From: Candidatus Flemingiibacterium sp.
GTDB taxonomy: Bacteria; Bacillota; Clostridia; Oscillospirales; CAG-272
Assembly: GCA_045634005.1 (NCBI GenBank)
Contig: JAZQZL010000018.1
Span: forward strand, 4,329 to 68,328
Reading direction: 5' to 3'
Length of the DNA stretch: 64,000 bases
Numbering within the stretch: the stretch's first letter is position 1; each line of letters opens with the position of its first letter. Positions 1 to 9,327 of the stretch are shown here, one piece after another. Position numbers and translations under genes: made by a program. The notes under the pieces are model-generated. The model did no database searches and had not been told where the DNA came from. It saw only the letters and a list, made by a program, of their open reading frames with translations.

Positions 1-1
1 A

Positions 2-712
2 GGTAGACTTACAGCTCCTCTCGTTTTCGCAGGCGCACTTTGCTCGCTTTATCTGAAGGCAAACGGCATCGAGATCGCCGCACACATAAAGAGTATGCTC
101 AATGCTTCTGACGTCATGTTTGATATGAACGTAACCGCCAAAGAGCTTGAAGAGCTCAAGGCAAAGCAGTTTCCCGCCATTGATGAGGATGCGGCTGTGA
201 AGTTTGCAAAAATCATCAACGACGCGCAGGCAAAGGGTGACTCGGTCGGCGCAAAGCTTGAATGTATTGCGATCGGGCTTCCCACGGCGCTCGGTGAGCA
301 TATGTTTGAAAGCGTTGAAGCGGAGATCTCGCAGATGATGTTCGCGATTCCCGGTGTAAAGGGCATCGAATTTGGTGCAGGCTTTGATTTTTCGAAAATG
401 TACGGCTCTCTTGCAAACGACGCTTATGAGTACAGCGGCGATAAGATAGTAACGAAAACTAACAACTGCGGCGGTATTGTCGGAGGTATGACAACGGGTA
501 TGCCGCTTGTATTCTCCGTGGCGGTAAAGCCTACCCCCTCTATATTTACCGAGCAGGATTCGGTCAATATAGAAAGCTGCAAAAACACGAGGTTATCCAT
601 AAAAGGCAGACACGATCCGTGCATCGCAGTCCGTGCGGTACCCGTAATCGAAGCGGGATGCGCTATTGCACTCGCACAGCTTATGCTTAAAGCAGATGGG
701 AGGAAGCTCTGA
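2..712 (+). CDS. aroC: Chorismate synthase (5' end outside window)
   Basis: Frame open from position 2: GRLTAPLVFAGA, GDSVG, IPGVKGIEFG, TNNCGGIVGGMTTG, KPTPSI and GRHDPCIAVRA motifs. Confidence 0.96.
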   Translation, partial: GRLTAPLVFAGALCSLYLKANGIEIAAHIKSMLNASDVMFDMNVTAKELEELKAKQFPAIDEDAAVKFAKIINDAQAKGDSVGAKLECIAIGLPTALGEHMFESVEAEISQMMFAIPGVKGIEFGAGFDFSKMYGSLANDAYEYSGDKIVTKTNNCGGIVGGMTTGMPLVFSVAVKPTPSIFTEQDSVNIESCKNTRLSIKGRHDPCIAVRAVPVIEAGCAIALAQLMLKADGRKL

Positions 713-1671
713 TGGCTTTCAAAAATGATACAAACTCAATAATCGCAGAAAACCTCTCACTTCTCGGAGAGGAAGCGCGTTCCTTTGAAGAGCGCCGCCT
801 GGCACAGTTAAACGAGCGCGCCATCCTTATCGCGCGAAATGACGACATCTTTGACTCGGACAGCCGCACCGACGAGTTTTCCGCGATGTTCGAGCGTCAG
901 GAATGTACCGATGCTATACCCGACTCCAAGGATTATCTCGCGTCGAAATTCAACACGCAGCTCCTTTACGACAAGCTTACCGTGTGTAAGCTTTTGGCAG
1001 GCGAGTACAAAAAACGCCGCATAAACGTCACCGAGCGACTCTTTGGCAACACGCCTATGCCGAAATCCGTTCGCATAGCATATTTCCAGAACGCGTACGC
1101 AGACGCTGCATTCCGTATTTTCTCCGAGGTAATAGACGATATCTCGGCTGTCTACGCATCGGACTTTACTGCTGTATGCGAGGAGGTCTACCACGGCAGA
1201 GCCGACGTTTGTATGCTTCCTCTTGATTCCTCGCGCGATGCAAAGCTCATCAGCTTCTACCGTCTTATCGACAAATACGAGCTTTGTCCCGTATTTTCCT
1301 GCGACGTTACAACCCCCGATGGAAGCATAACAACAAGATACGCGCTTCTCAAAAGGGAGTTCACGCTTCCCTCGCGTGAGCGCCTTAATGCATCGGGACT
1401 TTGCTTCTTTGAATTCAACATAACCCCCGACAACCGCTCACCGCTTTGCGATATCCTCGAGGCGGCAAAGGAATGCGGACTCACGCTTTATAAGGCCGAC
1501 TCTATGCCGCTGTCCTACAGCAGCAGCGAGTTTGCGTACGACGTAATTCTGAAAATAGGAAGCGTAGAGGGACTTGAAGCCTTCCTTTTGTTCCTCACGT
1601 TAGCCGTGCCCGAATACGAGCCGATCGGCATTTATCCCCATATTCACGCAAAGACATTCGCTAACGAATAA
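712..1671 (+). CDS. Divergent prephenate dehydratase-like protein with C-terminal ACT-like domain
   Basis: IAYFQNAYADAA...FTAVCEEVYHGRADVCMLPLDSS resembles PDT subdomain I; TRY in place of TRF; start overlaps aroC stop. Confidence 0.6.
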   Translation: MAFKNDTNSIIAENLSLLGEEARSFEERRLAQLNERAILIARNDDIFDSDSRTDEFSAMFERQECTDAIPDSKDYLASKFNTQLLYDKLTVCKLLAGEYKKRRINVTERLFGNTPMPKSVRIAYFQNAYADAAFRIFSEVIDDISAVYASDFTAVCEEVYHGRADVCMLPLDSSRDAKLISFYRLIDKYELCPVFSCDVTTPDGSITTRYALLKREFTLPSRERLNASGLCFFEFNITPDNRSPLCDILEAAKECGLTLYKADSMPLSYSSSEFAYDVILKIGSVEGLEAFLLFLTLAVPEYEPIGIYPHIHAKTFANE

Positions 1672-1716
1672 TTATTTTTTAAAAGCTTAAAATATTTTGA
1701 AAGGAAAAAGCATAAA

Positions 1717-1974
1717 ATGAAAAAGACGCTTTCTTATAACACCTGCGGCACCTGCTCGCGACAGATTGAAATAGTATGTGACGGCGACACCGTCGAATCC
1801 GTTAAGTTTATCGGCGGCTGCTCGGGCAACACCCAAGGCGTTGCCGCACTCGTTGTCGGTATGAACATCGACGATGCTATTTCAAGAATGAAGGGTATCT
1901 GTTGCGGTCCCAAGCCGACCTCCTGCCCCGATCAGCTGGCGCGTGCGCTTGAGATTATCAAAACGCAGGAATAA
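1717..1974 (+). CDS. TIGR03905-type TSCPD-domain small protein
   Basis: GTCSRQI, GGCSGN, GICCG and TSCPDQLA motifs; 85 aa. Confidence 0.9.
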   Translation: MKKTLSYNTCGTCSRQIEIVCDGDTVESVKFIGGCSGNTQGVAALVVGMNIDDAISRMKGICCGPKPTSCPDQLARALEIIKTQE

Positions 1975-2006
1975 GCATCAGACCAAAATCAAACCAAGGA
2001 GCAACT

Positions 2007-3725
2007 ATGAACTATACCGAAAACTACAAGCGTTGGCTCTCGTCCGATAAGGTGGACGAGGCAACGAAGGAGGAGCTTCGTAAAATCGAAGGCAACGACG
2101 AAGAAATAAAGCTTCGCTTTGTAAAATACCTCGAGTTTGGCACAGCCGGACTGCGCGGAATTATGATGGCGGGAACAAACGCTATGAACGTATACACCGT
2201 AGCGCACGCAACGCAGGGCCTTGCCGACCTCATCAACAAGGAAGGTAAGGCTGACCGCGGCGTGGCTATCGCATACGATTCGCGCAATAACTCCGAGCGC
2301 TTCGCACGTCACGCAGCAAGTGTACTCGCCGCAAACGGCATCAAGGTGTATATTTTCGACTCGCTTCGCCCGACTCCCGTGCTGTCCTTTGCGGTACGCG
2401 AGCTTCACACGATCGCCGGTATCAACATCACCGCATCGCACAATCCGAAGCAGTATAACGGATATAAGGCATATTGGGAGGACGGTGCACAGCTTCCGCC
2501 CGATCACGCGGCAACCGTATCCGAGTTTGTCGCTGCAGCCGATATATTCGATGACGTTAAGGTTATGGATTTCGATGAGGGCTTAAAGAGGGGCATTATT
2601 GAATTTATCCCCGAATCGCTTGACGAAAAATACATGCAAAACGTAATCGGACAGGCAGTAAATCCCGGCGTTATCCGCGAGGTCGCAGACACGCTTGAAA
2701 TCGTTTACACTCCCCTTCACGGCGCAGGATACAAGATGATTCCCGAGGTGCTTCGTCGCGTTGGCATGAAGCATATCGACGTTGTTGACGAGCAAATGGT
2801 GCTCGACGGCAATTTTCCGACCATATCTTATCCTAATCCTGAATTTCCCGAAGCATTTGAGATTGGCATCAAGCTTGCAGAGCGCGTTCACAGTGACCTC
2901 ATTATCGCAACCGACCCCGATGCTGACCGAGTTGGCATAATGTCGCGCGACAAGACAGGCAAGTTTGCACGTCTTACCGGTAATCAGGTCGGAGCACTTT
3001 TGCTTGACTATATCATTACCGCATATGAGCAGACGGGTATGCCAAAGGATCCGTACGCGATCAAGACTATCGTTACCACCGATATCATAACAAGAATATG
3101 CGAAACGCACAACGTGAAGCTTCACAACGTGCTGACGGGATTCAAGTTCATCGGCGAGGTTATAAAGGAGCACGAGGCTTCGGGAATTGGCAGCTACATC
3201 TTCGGCTTCGAGGAAAGCTACGGCTATCTTAAGGGTACGTACGCGCGCGACAAGGACGCTGTGGTTGCGACTATGCTGCTCTGCGAAATGGCGGCATATT
3301 ACAGCACCAAGGGTATGACGCTTTGCGATGCTATGCAGGGCCTCTACGAGCGCTACGGCTACTACGATGAGGGCGTTGCCAACATCTATATGGAGGGCCT
3401 TGACGGACTTGAGCGCATGAAGGCGCTTATGGACCGTCTGCGCAACGATCCGCCGAGCGACCTTGGCGGATACAAGGTAACCGAGCGCCGCGACTATTTA
3501 AACGACACGGTGCTTGACGTCGCTACCGGTAAGATCACCTCGACGGGACTTCCCTCCACGAACGTGCTCTACTACGTCACCGAGGCAGGCGACACAGTGG
3601 TTATCCGTCCGTCCGGCACGGAGCCGAAAATTAAGATCTATATTCTCGCGCACGACGAGAGCCTCGAGGCATTACGCGAAAAGATCGCGAAGTACGCCAA
3701 GGTTACGGACACTTGGGTTAAGTAA
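2007..3725 (+). CDS. pgm: Phosphoglucomutase/phosphomannomutase
   Basis: FGTAGLRG, TASHNP, DPDADR, GFEESYG and RPSGTEPKIK motifs. Confidence 0.93.
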   Translation: MNYTENYKRWLSSDKVDEATKEELRKIEGNDEEIKLRFVKYLEFGTAGLRGIMMAGTNAMNVYTVAHATQGLADLINKEGKADRGVAIAYDSRNNSERFARHAASVLAANGIKVYIFDSLRPTPVLSFAVRELHTIAGINITASHNPKQYNGYKAYWEDGAQLPPDHAATVSEFVAAADIFDDVKVMDFDEGLKRGIIEFIPESLDEKYMQNVIGQAVNPGVIREVADTLEIVYTPLHGAGYKMIPEVLRRVGMKHIDVVDEQMVLDGNFPTISYPNPEFPEAFEIGIKLAERVHSDLIIATDPDADRVGIMSRDKTGKFARLTGNQVGALLLDYIITAYEQTGMPKDPYAIKTIVTTDIITRICETHNVKLHNVLTGFKFIGEVIKEHEASGIGSYIFGFEESYGYLKGTYARDKDAVVATMLLCEMAAYYSTKGMTLCDAMQGLYERYGYYDEGVANIYMEGLDGLERMKALMDRLRNDPPSDLGGYKVTERRDYLNDTVLDVATGKITSTGLPSTNVLYYVTEAGDTVVIRPSGTEPKIKIYILAHDESLEALREKIAKYAKVTDTWVK

Positions 3726-3728
3726 ATA

Positions 3729-3760
3729 GTTAGCCTTGAGGTGAAAACCTCAAGGCTAAC
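3729..3760 (+). terminator. Hairpin after pgm (terminator or stabiliser)
   Basis: gttagccttgaggt-gaaa-acctcaaggctaac perfect stem; poor U tail. Confidence 0.6.
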
Positions 3761-3797
3761 CGCATAAAATCATTTTTGTCAAAAACGGAGGATACAT

Positions 3798-4886
3798 ATG
3801 AAAACATTATTCGTAGGCGATATCTGCCCTACAAGCTACACCGAGGCAGCATACGCCGCTGCCGATATGGGCACGCTTTTTAACAACACCCTTTCTATAT
3901 TTGAAAACCGCGATTTCGTATTCGCAAACCTCGAGTGCGCTATCACCGAGAGCGAAAACAAGATCAAGAAGTTCGGTCCTAATCTTAAGGCGCCGAAAAA
4001 TACCGCAACCGTGCTTAAGAACCTCGGCGTAACCGTAGCGGGCATTTCCAACAACCACGTTTTCGACTTCGGCAAGGAAGGCGCTATCGACACGCTTAAG
4101 GCACTCGGCGAAGCAGGCGTTGACTACACCGGCTTTGGCGAAAACTACGCTGACTCCAAGAAGAACTATGTGTTCGAAAAGGGCAGCGAGAAGATTTGCA
4201 TCATCGCTGTATGCGAGCACGAATACTCCTACGCTCTTGAGGACCGTATGGGCTCGCGTCCCTTCGACGAGTTTGAAACTCTCGAGGACGTAAGAGCGGC
4301 AAAGGCGCAGTACGACCGCGTTATCGTTATCTACCACGGCGGCAAGGAGCAGTGCCACTATCCCTCTCCCAGACTCGTTCGCGCTTGCCGTGCGATGGCA
4401 AGAGCCGGCGCAGACCTCATTCTCGGTCAGCACAGCCATTGCATCGGTGTTTACGAGCTTTATGAGGGCACACACATTCTCTACGGTCAGGGCAACTTCC
4501 AGTTCGTAAGCACCTCCAAGTACGACAACTGGAACACCGGTCTTGCAGTTTCCTACGACACCAAGAGCGGCGAAATCGACTTCATCCCCGTTAAGCAGAA
4601 CGAACAGATGACGGGCGTTTGCCTCGTTGAAGGTGATGAGCGCACCGCGCTTCTCGCAAAGTTCAAGGCGCTTGCTGACTCCATGCAGGACGGCACATGG
4701 AAGGACGGTTGGCACGAATTCTGCCTGTCCGTTGCCGAGGGCTACCTCAACAACATCAACCGCGCGTGCCGCGACGACTCCACCGAGCGCGAAAATGCGA
4801 TCTTCGCACACAACCTCGACTGCGAGGCTCACCACGACGTAATCACCGAGCTCTTCCCCACCTATAACGCGACTAACGAAAAATAA
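3798..4886 (+). CDS. CapA/PgsA-family metallophosphoesterase
   Basis: VGDI, ANLECAI, NNHVFDFG, YHGGKE, GQHSH and YGQGNF motifs. Confidence 0.9.
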   Translation: MKTLFVGDICPTSYTEAAYAAADMGTLFNNTLSIFENRDFVFANLECAITESENKIKKFGPNLKAPKNTATVLKNLGVTVAGISNNHVFDFGKEGAIDTLKALGEAGVDYTGFGENYADSKKNYVFEKGSEKICIIAVCEHEYSYALEDRMGSRPFDEFETLEDVRAAKAQYDRVIVIYHGGKEQCHYPSPRLVRACRAMARAGADLILGQHSHCIGVYELYEGTHILYGQGNFQFVSTSKYDNWNTGLAVSYDTKSGEIDFIPVKQNEQMTGVCLVEGDERTALLAKFKALADSMQDGTWKDGWHEFCLSVAEGYLNNINRACRDDSTERENAIFAHNLDCEAHHDVITELFPTYNATNEK

Positions 4887-4892
4887 TTACAT

Positions 4893-4936
4893 AACAAAAC
4901 CGCCCCTCAAAACAAGGGGCGGTAATTTTATTTATC
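4893..4936. repeat. 44-bp direct repeat, copy 1 (contains bidirectional terminator)
   Basis: aacaaaaccgcccctcaaaacaaggggcggtaattttatttatc, identical to 5721-5764. Confidence 0.95.
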
Positions 4937-5173
4937 AGGAAATAAATCGTCCAGCTCGCATCGCAGTGCCTTTGAAATCGCCAACAAATCTATATCGGTC
5001 ACGAAACGCTTACCCGCCTCGATTCTTTGCACTGCATTTTTATCCACGTCAAGTCCGACAAGTTGAAGTCTGTCTGCCAGCTCACGTTGTGAAATACCTA
5101 TTTGTTTGCGTAGGTGCGCCACATTCGAGCCGCATATATTATTTCGCCCGTCTTTTGTTTTATTTATAAACAT
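4928..5173 (-). CDS. Small XRE-family HTH regulator
   Basis: LRKQIGISQRELADRLQ...VQRIEAGKRFVTD; ATG at 5173 after AAGGGG. Confidence 0.88.
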   Translation of the reverse strand: MFINKTKDGRNNICGSNVAHLRKQIGISQRELADRLQLVGLDVDKNAVQRIEAGKRFVTDIDLLAISKALRCELDDLFPDK

Positions 5174-5286
5174 ATTTATCCCCTTTTGACATTCAGTGCT
5201 TGACAACAAGGATATTATATGTTATAATAATCACACCGATGACATTCTGTGAATGTCAAATTAAAAATTATCCGGAGGGATTCACT

Positions 5287-5718
5287 ATGTCTAATGAAGC
5301 ACAAGCATCAACCAACCCTAACGAATCAGCTATTCATCCCAACACAAAATTCTGCAAATTTTGCGGCGCAAAAATTCCAGAAGATGCAATTATATGCACA
5401 GCTTGCGGTCGACAGGTAGAAGAAATAAAGCAAGGTCAAGCTGCCCAGCCTCAAATCGTTATCAATAATGAAAATCACAATATAAATTCTAATACCAACA
5501 CCAATACGGTTAATGCTGGTACAGTACGAGGTGTTGCTAAAAACAAGTGGGTCGCTCTCATACTTTGCATAGTATTAGGATTTTTCGGTGCCCACAAATT
5601 CTATGAGGGTAGGATAGGATCGGGAATACTTTATTTATTCACCTGCGGACTTTTCGGTATTGGTTGGATTATAGACATTCTTGCTCTCTTAGCTAAGCCT
5701 AACCCTTATTATGTTTAA
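5287..5718 (+). CDS. Zinc-ribbon + TM2 domain membrane protein
   Basis: CKFCG...CTACG ribbon; KNKWVALILCIVLGFFGAHKFYEG TM2 motif; GGAGG RBS. Confidence 0.9.
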   Translation: MSNEAQASTNPNESAIHPNTKFCKFCGAKIPEDAIICTACGRQVEEIKQGQAAQPQIVINNENHNINSNTNTNTVNAGTVRGVAKNKWVALILCIVLGFFGAHKFYEGRIGSGILYLFTCGLFGIGWIIDILALLAKPNPYYV

Positions 5719-5720
5719 TA

Positions 5721-5764
5721 AACAAAACCGCCCCTCAAAACAAGGGGCGGTAATTTTATTTATC
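5721..5764. repeat. 44-bp direct repeat, copy 2
   Basis: Identical to 4893-4936; includes stop codon of the 5756-5962 gene. Confidence 0.95.
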
Positions 5765-5962
5765 TGAAAGCTCGTCGGGTACTATCACTTCAGGTGGTCT
5801 TTTGGGAATACGCTTAAGCGGATCGTATATAAATTTCCGGCAGGAATACTCTTTGTGTACGACGCCGTGATGCTCACAGAGCATATCTTCAGTTGTCTGT
5901 ATCTCGGCCGAGAATCGACAAAGCTCGCAAATACGCGTTATATCGTCAGATTTTCTTTTCAT
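5756..5962 (-). CDS. Small Cys-rich hypothetical protein
   Basis: CELC...C...CRKFIYDPLKRIP; AAGGAG RBS. Confidence 0.7.
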   Translation of the reverse strand: MKRKSDDITRICELCRFSAEIQTTEDMLCEHHGVVHKEYSCRKFIYDPLKRIPKRPPEVIVPDELSDK

Positions 5963-6021
5963 CTTGATACTCCTTTTTAGAGGTTAACTATATTTTATCA
6001 CGGCAAGCGAAAAAAGTCAAG

Positions 6022-6050
6022 AAAAAACTCCCTTAACTAAGGGAGTTTTT
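6022..6050 (-). terminator. Intrinsic terminator after tRNA-Arg/His
   Basis: aaaaactccctta-ac-taagggagttttt. Confidence 0.8.
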
Positions 6051-6054
6051 ATTA

Positions 6055-6132
6055 TGGGGTGAATGAAGGGGGTCGAACCCTCGACCTCCAGGGCCACAAC
6101 CTGGCGCTCTAACCAACTGAGCTACATCCACC
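6055..6132 (-). tRNA. tRNA-His (GUG)
   Basis: Reverse complement folds as a cloverleaf with G-1, anticodon GTG, GGTTCGA T-loop and CCA end. Confidence 0.96.
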
Positions 6133-6212
6133 ATCCGTAAGCAACAAACCGATAGTGAGTGGCACGGTTCGCTGCCGTTATATTAAACCCGTAAGCTTAC
6201 ACTTTCCGGGAT

Positions 6213-6289
6213 TGGCGTACCCGGAGGGACTCGAACCCCCGACCTACTGCTTAGAAGGCAGTTGCTCTATCCAGCTGAGCTACGGGTAC
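6213..6289 (-). tRNA. tRNA-Arg (UCU)
   Basis: GTACCCGTAGCTCAG...CTTCTAA...GTTCGAGTCCC...GCCA. Confidence 0.96.
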
Positions 6290-6316
6290 ATATAGCCGAT
6301 TTCAGTCGACTATAAT

Positions 6317-6345
6317 ATTATACACTATAGTATTTCATTTGTCAA
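6317..6345 (-). promoter_or_regulatory. Sigma-A promoter for tRNA-Arg/His
   Basis: TTGACA-17 nt-TATAAT. Confidence 0.85.
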
Positions 6346-6419
6346 GAGGTTTTTGAAAAAATAAGCGGATATTCGAGATATAATTTTTGCCGCGGCAATA
6401 CGCCGCGGCAAAAGACAGT

Positions 6420-7838
6420 TTATACCTTGATTTTAGTCCATTTTCCGCTCGAAAAACGTTTGGACATAAGTAAAAGTCGCATATATTGGTCGATGACCAT
6501 CGCCATCCATGCGCCAACAACGGCAAATCCAAGCGGATAGCACATAACGTATGTAAGCGACGGACGTATGAACGCTATACAAATAAGACTCACTATCGCA
6601 GCGTATCTCGTATCGCCTGCACCACGCACGCATCCGCTGAAGATAACCTGCGAAATTTGCGCCGGTGTAATTGCGGCAAGTAAGTATAAGAGAATAACAC
6701 CCTTTTCAAGAATGAACGCCGCGTGCTCCTCGCCTTCAGTCATAAACAGATTTATAAGCATCGTTCCTCCGAAGGTAAAGAGCGCCATAAGAAGAATCGC
6801 CACGCAAAGACCGATTCTCTGCGCGCATTTGCCGTAGATTATCGAATGGTCAGGGCGCTTCTTTCCGAGATTCTGTCCCACAAGCGAGGATGCGGCAACA
6901 CCGAGTCCGTCGCCAAAGCAGAAGGAAAGATTTACGATACTCATACATATCGTATGCGTTGCGAAATCAGGTGTACTAAGCTCAGCGATCATTTTTGCAG
7001 TTATAAAGAAGCCAAATCGCATAAACACCTGCTCGATTGCCGCAGAGCTTGATATTTTTGTGATAAGCCCGAGTGTTTTAAGCTTGAATCTGAACATCAT
7101 CGACGACTTCAGACGAAGGAATCGTCCGTTTCGCGACACTGAATATATCGACATTCCGCAGGACACCATTGTTCCGAGGACCGTTGCAATAGCAGCGCCC
7201 GTAACTCCGAGCTTCGGGAAGAAGAAAAGTCCGTTTATAAGAAGTGCATTGAATATGCAGTTTACAATATTCGCCGTCACATTCGTAGTCATCGAGATAC
7301 GCGTGTTTCCCGAGCCGCGCTGTGCCGCGTTTATGGAAAGTCCTACAGAGGTAAAGAGCATTCCGACCATTATTATTCGGAAATACGACGTCGCCATCTC
7401 TAGTGTGTCCTCGTTGGCACCGCTGAATATCAAGAGAGGCTCCGCAAAAATTATCGCTATGCTTACAAGAAATATTCCGAGAATTATACACAGCGATACC
7501 GCCTGTGCGAGCACACGGTTGGCATCCTCCTGATCGTTTTCGCCCTTTCGGCGTGAAACGATCGCAGTAATACCAATACCGAGCGCCATAAACACAGCGT
7601 AGAATAAAAATCTCGGCTGATTGGTAATTCCAACCGCCGCAATTGCGGTAGAGCCCTGTGAGCTTACCATAACAGAGTCAACAAAGCTTACAAAGCCAAG
7701 CAAAAACGATTCCGCAACCGCAGGCCACGCAACCTTGATGAAATTTTTATAAAACTCACCAGTATTATATTTTTCCTGCATTTTCTGCTGTGGCTTCAGC
7801 ATATGATCAGGCGCGTAAAGACGCCGTAAAATCCCCAT
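6420..7838 (-). CDS. MATE-family efflux transporter
   Basis: About 12 TM segments; VDSVMVS..G..AIAAVG, RGSGNT and RGAGDT motifs. Confidence 0.92.
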   Translation of the reverse strand: MGILRRLYAPDHMLKPQQKMQEKYNTGEFYKNFIKVAWPAVAESFLLGFVSFVDSVMVSSQGSTAIAAVGITNQPRFLFYAVFMALGIGITAIVSRRKGENDQEDANRVLAQAVSLCIILGIFLVSIAIIFAEPLLIFSGANEDTLEMATSYFRIIMVGMLFTSVGLSINAAQRGSGNTRISMTTNVTANIVNCIFNALLINGLFFFPKLGVTGAAIATVLGTMVSCGMSIYSVSRNGRFLRLKSSMMFRFKLKTLGLITKISSSAAIEQVFMRFGFFITAKMIAELSTPDFATHTICMSIVNLSFCFGDGLGVAASSLVGQNLGKKRPDHSIIYGKCAQRIGLCVAILLMALFTFGGTMLINLFMTEGEEHAAFILEKGVILLYLLAAITPAQISQVIFSGCVRGAGDTRYAAIVSLICIAFIRPSLTYVMCYPLGFAVVGAWMAMVIDQYMRLLLMSKRFSSGKWTKIKV

Positions 7839-8019
7839 CTGTCGTACCTCCGCGTATATAAGCACGTTCTAGTAGTTATTGTAGCACTTTTTTAGCGCGT
7901 TTGCAAGTGGATTTCAAATATAAATGTTCCATTAAATCAAAAATTTTTTTAGGGTTGAAATATTCATAATTATGTGGTATGATAATAATAGTAACGAACT
8001 TTTATAAGGCGGTGAAGCT

Positions 8020-8397
8020 GTGCGACTTCAGGAATCGGGTGAGATGTACCTTGAAACCATATACATTTTATCGAAAGACACCACCAATGTCCGTTCGATT
8101 GACGTTGGAGAATATATGGGCTACTCCAAGCCGAGCGTCAGCCGCGCTGTGAGTCTTTTAAAAAGCGGCGGATACATCACAATGGCGGCAGACGGAACAT
8201 TAAAGCTCACCGAGCTTGGCGAGGAGATCGCCGAAAAGATATACCAGCGACACACTATACTTACCACCATGCTTATGTCGCTCGGTGTCGACGAGGAAAC
8301 CGCCTCGGACGACGCGTGCAGACTTGAACACGCGATAAGCGACAAGTCGTTTGATGCAATTAAAAATCATCTCGAAAAAGAAGGCAAGATAATGTAA
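8020..8397 (+). CDS. mntR: DtxR/MntR-family metal-dependent regulator
   Basis: EMYLETIY, SKPSVSRAV, RHTILT and DACRLEHAIS motifs. Confidence 0.88.
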   Translation: MRLQESGEMYLETIYILSKDTTNVRSIDVGEYMGYSKPSVSRAVSLLKSGGYITMAADGTLKLTELGEEIAEKIYQRHTILTTMLMSLGVDEETASDDACRLEHAISDKSFDAIKNHLEKEGKIM

Positions 8398-8456
8398 ATA
8401 AAAAACCACCCTTTGGAGTACCTGCGATAAAGCAGATTTATAAGATATATAAAATT

Positions 8457-8492
8457 ACCGCCACGAGTGACCAAACGGTTACTCTCGGCGGT
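8457..8492. terminator. Hairpin inside left end of element A
   Basis: accgcc..gagtgacc-aaac-ggttactc..ggcggt. Confidence 0.6.
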
Positions 8493-8498
8493 TGTTCT

Positions 8499-9326
8499 TT
8501 ATCCTTTAATAAATGGCGTATTTCTGATATGCGATTGTAAACTATATGCTCCCTTATAGCCAATCTGCCTTGCCATAATGAACAGCGCGAGCAGATTATG
8601 GTTAGGACGAGAATAGAACAACATACGTTCCTCTCCGTTGATAGTGAGTTTCTGCATCCATATCACTTTTAACGTTAACAGATCATCCAAGACATTTTCC
8701 AACTGCTCTTTCTGAATCGCACAATCTCTTTCAAGAACTTCTTTTTCAAAAACATAATTCTCTGTCTTGTGATACAAGTAAATCAATGCATTCATCGTGC
8801 TTTCATGAGAAAGGGCGGCAAATATCTCCTGCAAATCCTTCTTATCGTTCAAAAAATATCCGTATCCCTCTGTCGGCTCGGGAAATACAGAAAAGAAAGG
8901 TTCTTTTCCGTTCGATACGATTGTAAATCCATTATCGTCAAGAATATAGGATGCATTTTTCTGATTCTTGATTTCATTAGGATCGTATCTTTTTCCAATC
9001 TCCATACGGCAATTAAACAAACCTCGTTCAATCTGCCAACCGATATCACGCGCGACATTGAATCGTTCCTTTGCCTCGGTATTATGGATTAGCTTTACAA
9101 TTCTTCCCGAAATATCTGCCATAGTAACCGTTTCGTTTCCGAATAGCTCGTCAAGAGACACCTCAAGCTCATTAGCAAGAGGAACAAGAAGCGCGCCGTC
9201 GGGGTACGTTTCGCTTGTTTCCCATTTTGAAACCGCTTGCGCTGATACTCCAAGCTTTGTAGCAAGCTGCTCTTGCGTCAGATTCTTGTCAAGACGCAAT
9301 CTTTTGATATTACCCGATAAACTCAT
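8499..9326 (-). CDS. XRE-family HTH regulator with C-terminal winged-helix-like region
   Basis: LTQEQLATKLGVSAQAVSKWETSETYPD. Confidence 0.88.
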   Translation of the reverse strand: MSLSGNIKRLRLDKNLTQEQLATKLGVSAQAVSKWETSETYPDGALLVPLANELEVSLDELFGNETVTMADISGRIVKLIHNTEAKERFNVARDIGWQIERGLFNCRMEIGKRYDPNEIKNQKNASYILDDNGFTIVSNGKEPFFSVFPEPTEGYGYFLNDKKDLQEIFAALSHESTMNALIYLYHKTENYVFEKEVLERDCAIQKEQLENVLDDLLTLKVIWMQKLTINGEERMLFYSRPNHNLLALFIMARQIGYKGAYSLQSHIRNTPFIKG

Positions 9327-9327
9327 C

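Noticed and set aside
3807-4835. 342-aa minus-strand ORF (similar cases at 21840-22652, 29186-30064, 33714-34754)
   Set aside because: Antisense shadows of well-supported genes, expected from codon bias
6133-6212. Spacer between tRNA-Arg and tRNA-His with weak hairpins
   Set aside because: No tRNA-like or known RNA features; ordinary precursor spacer
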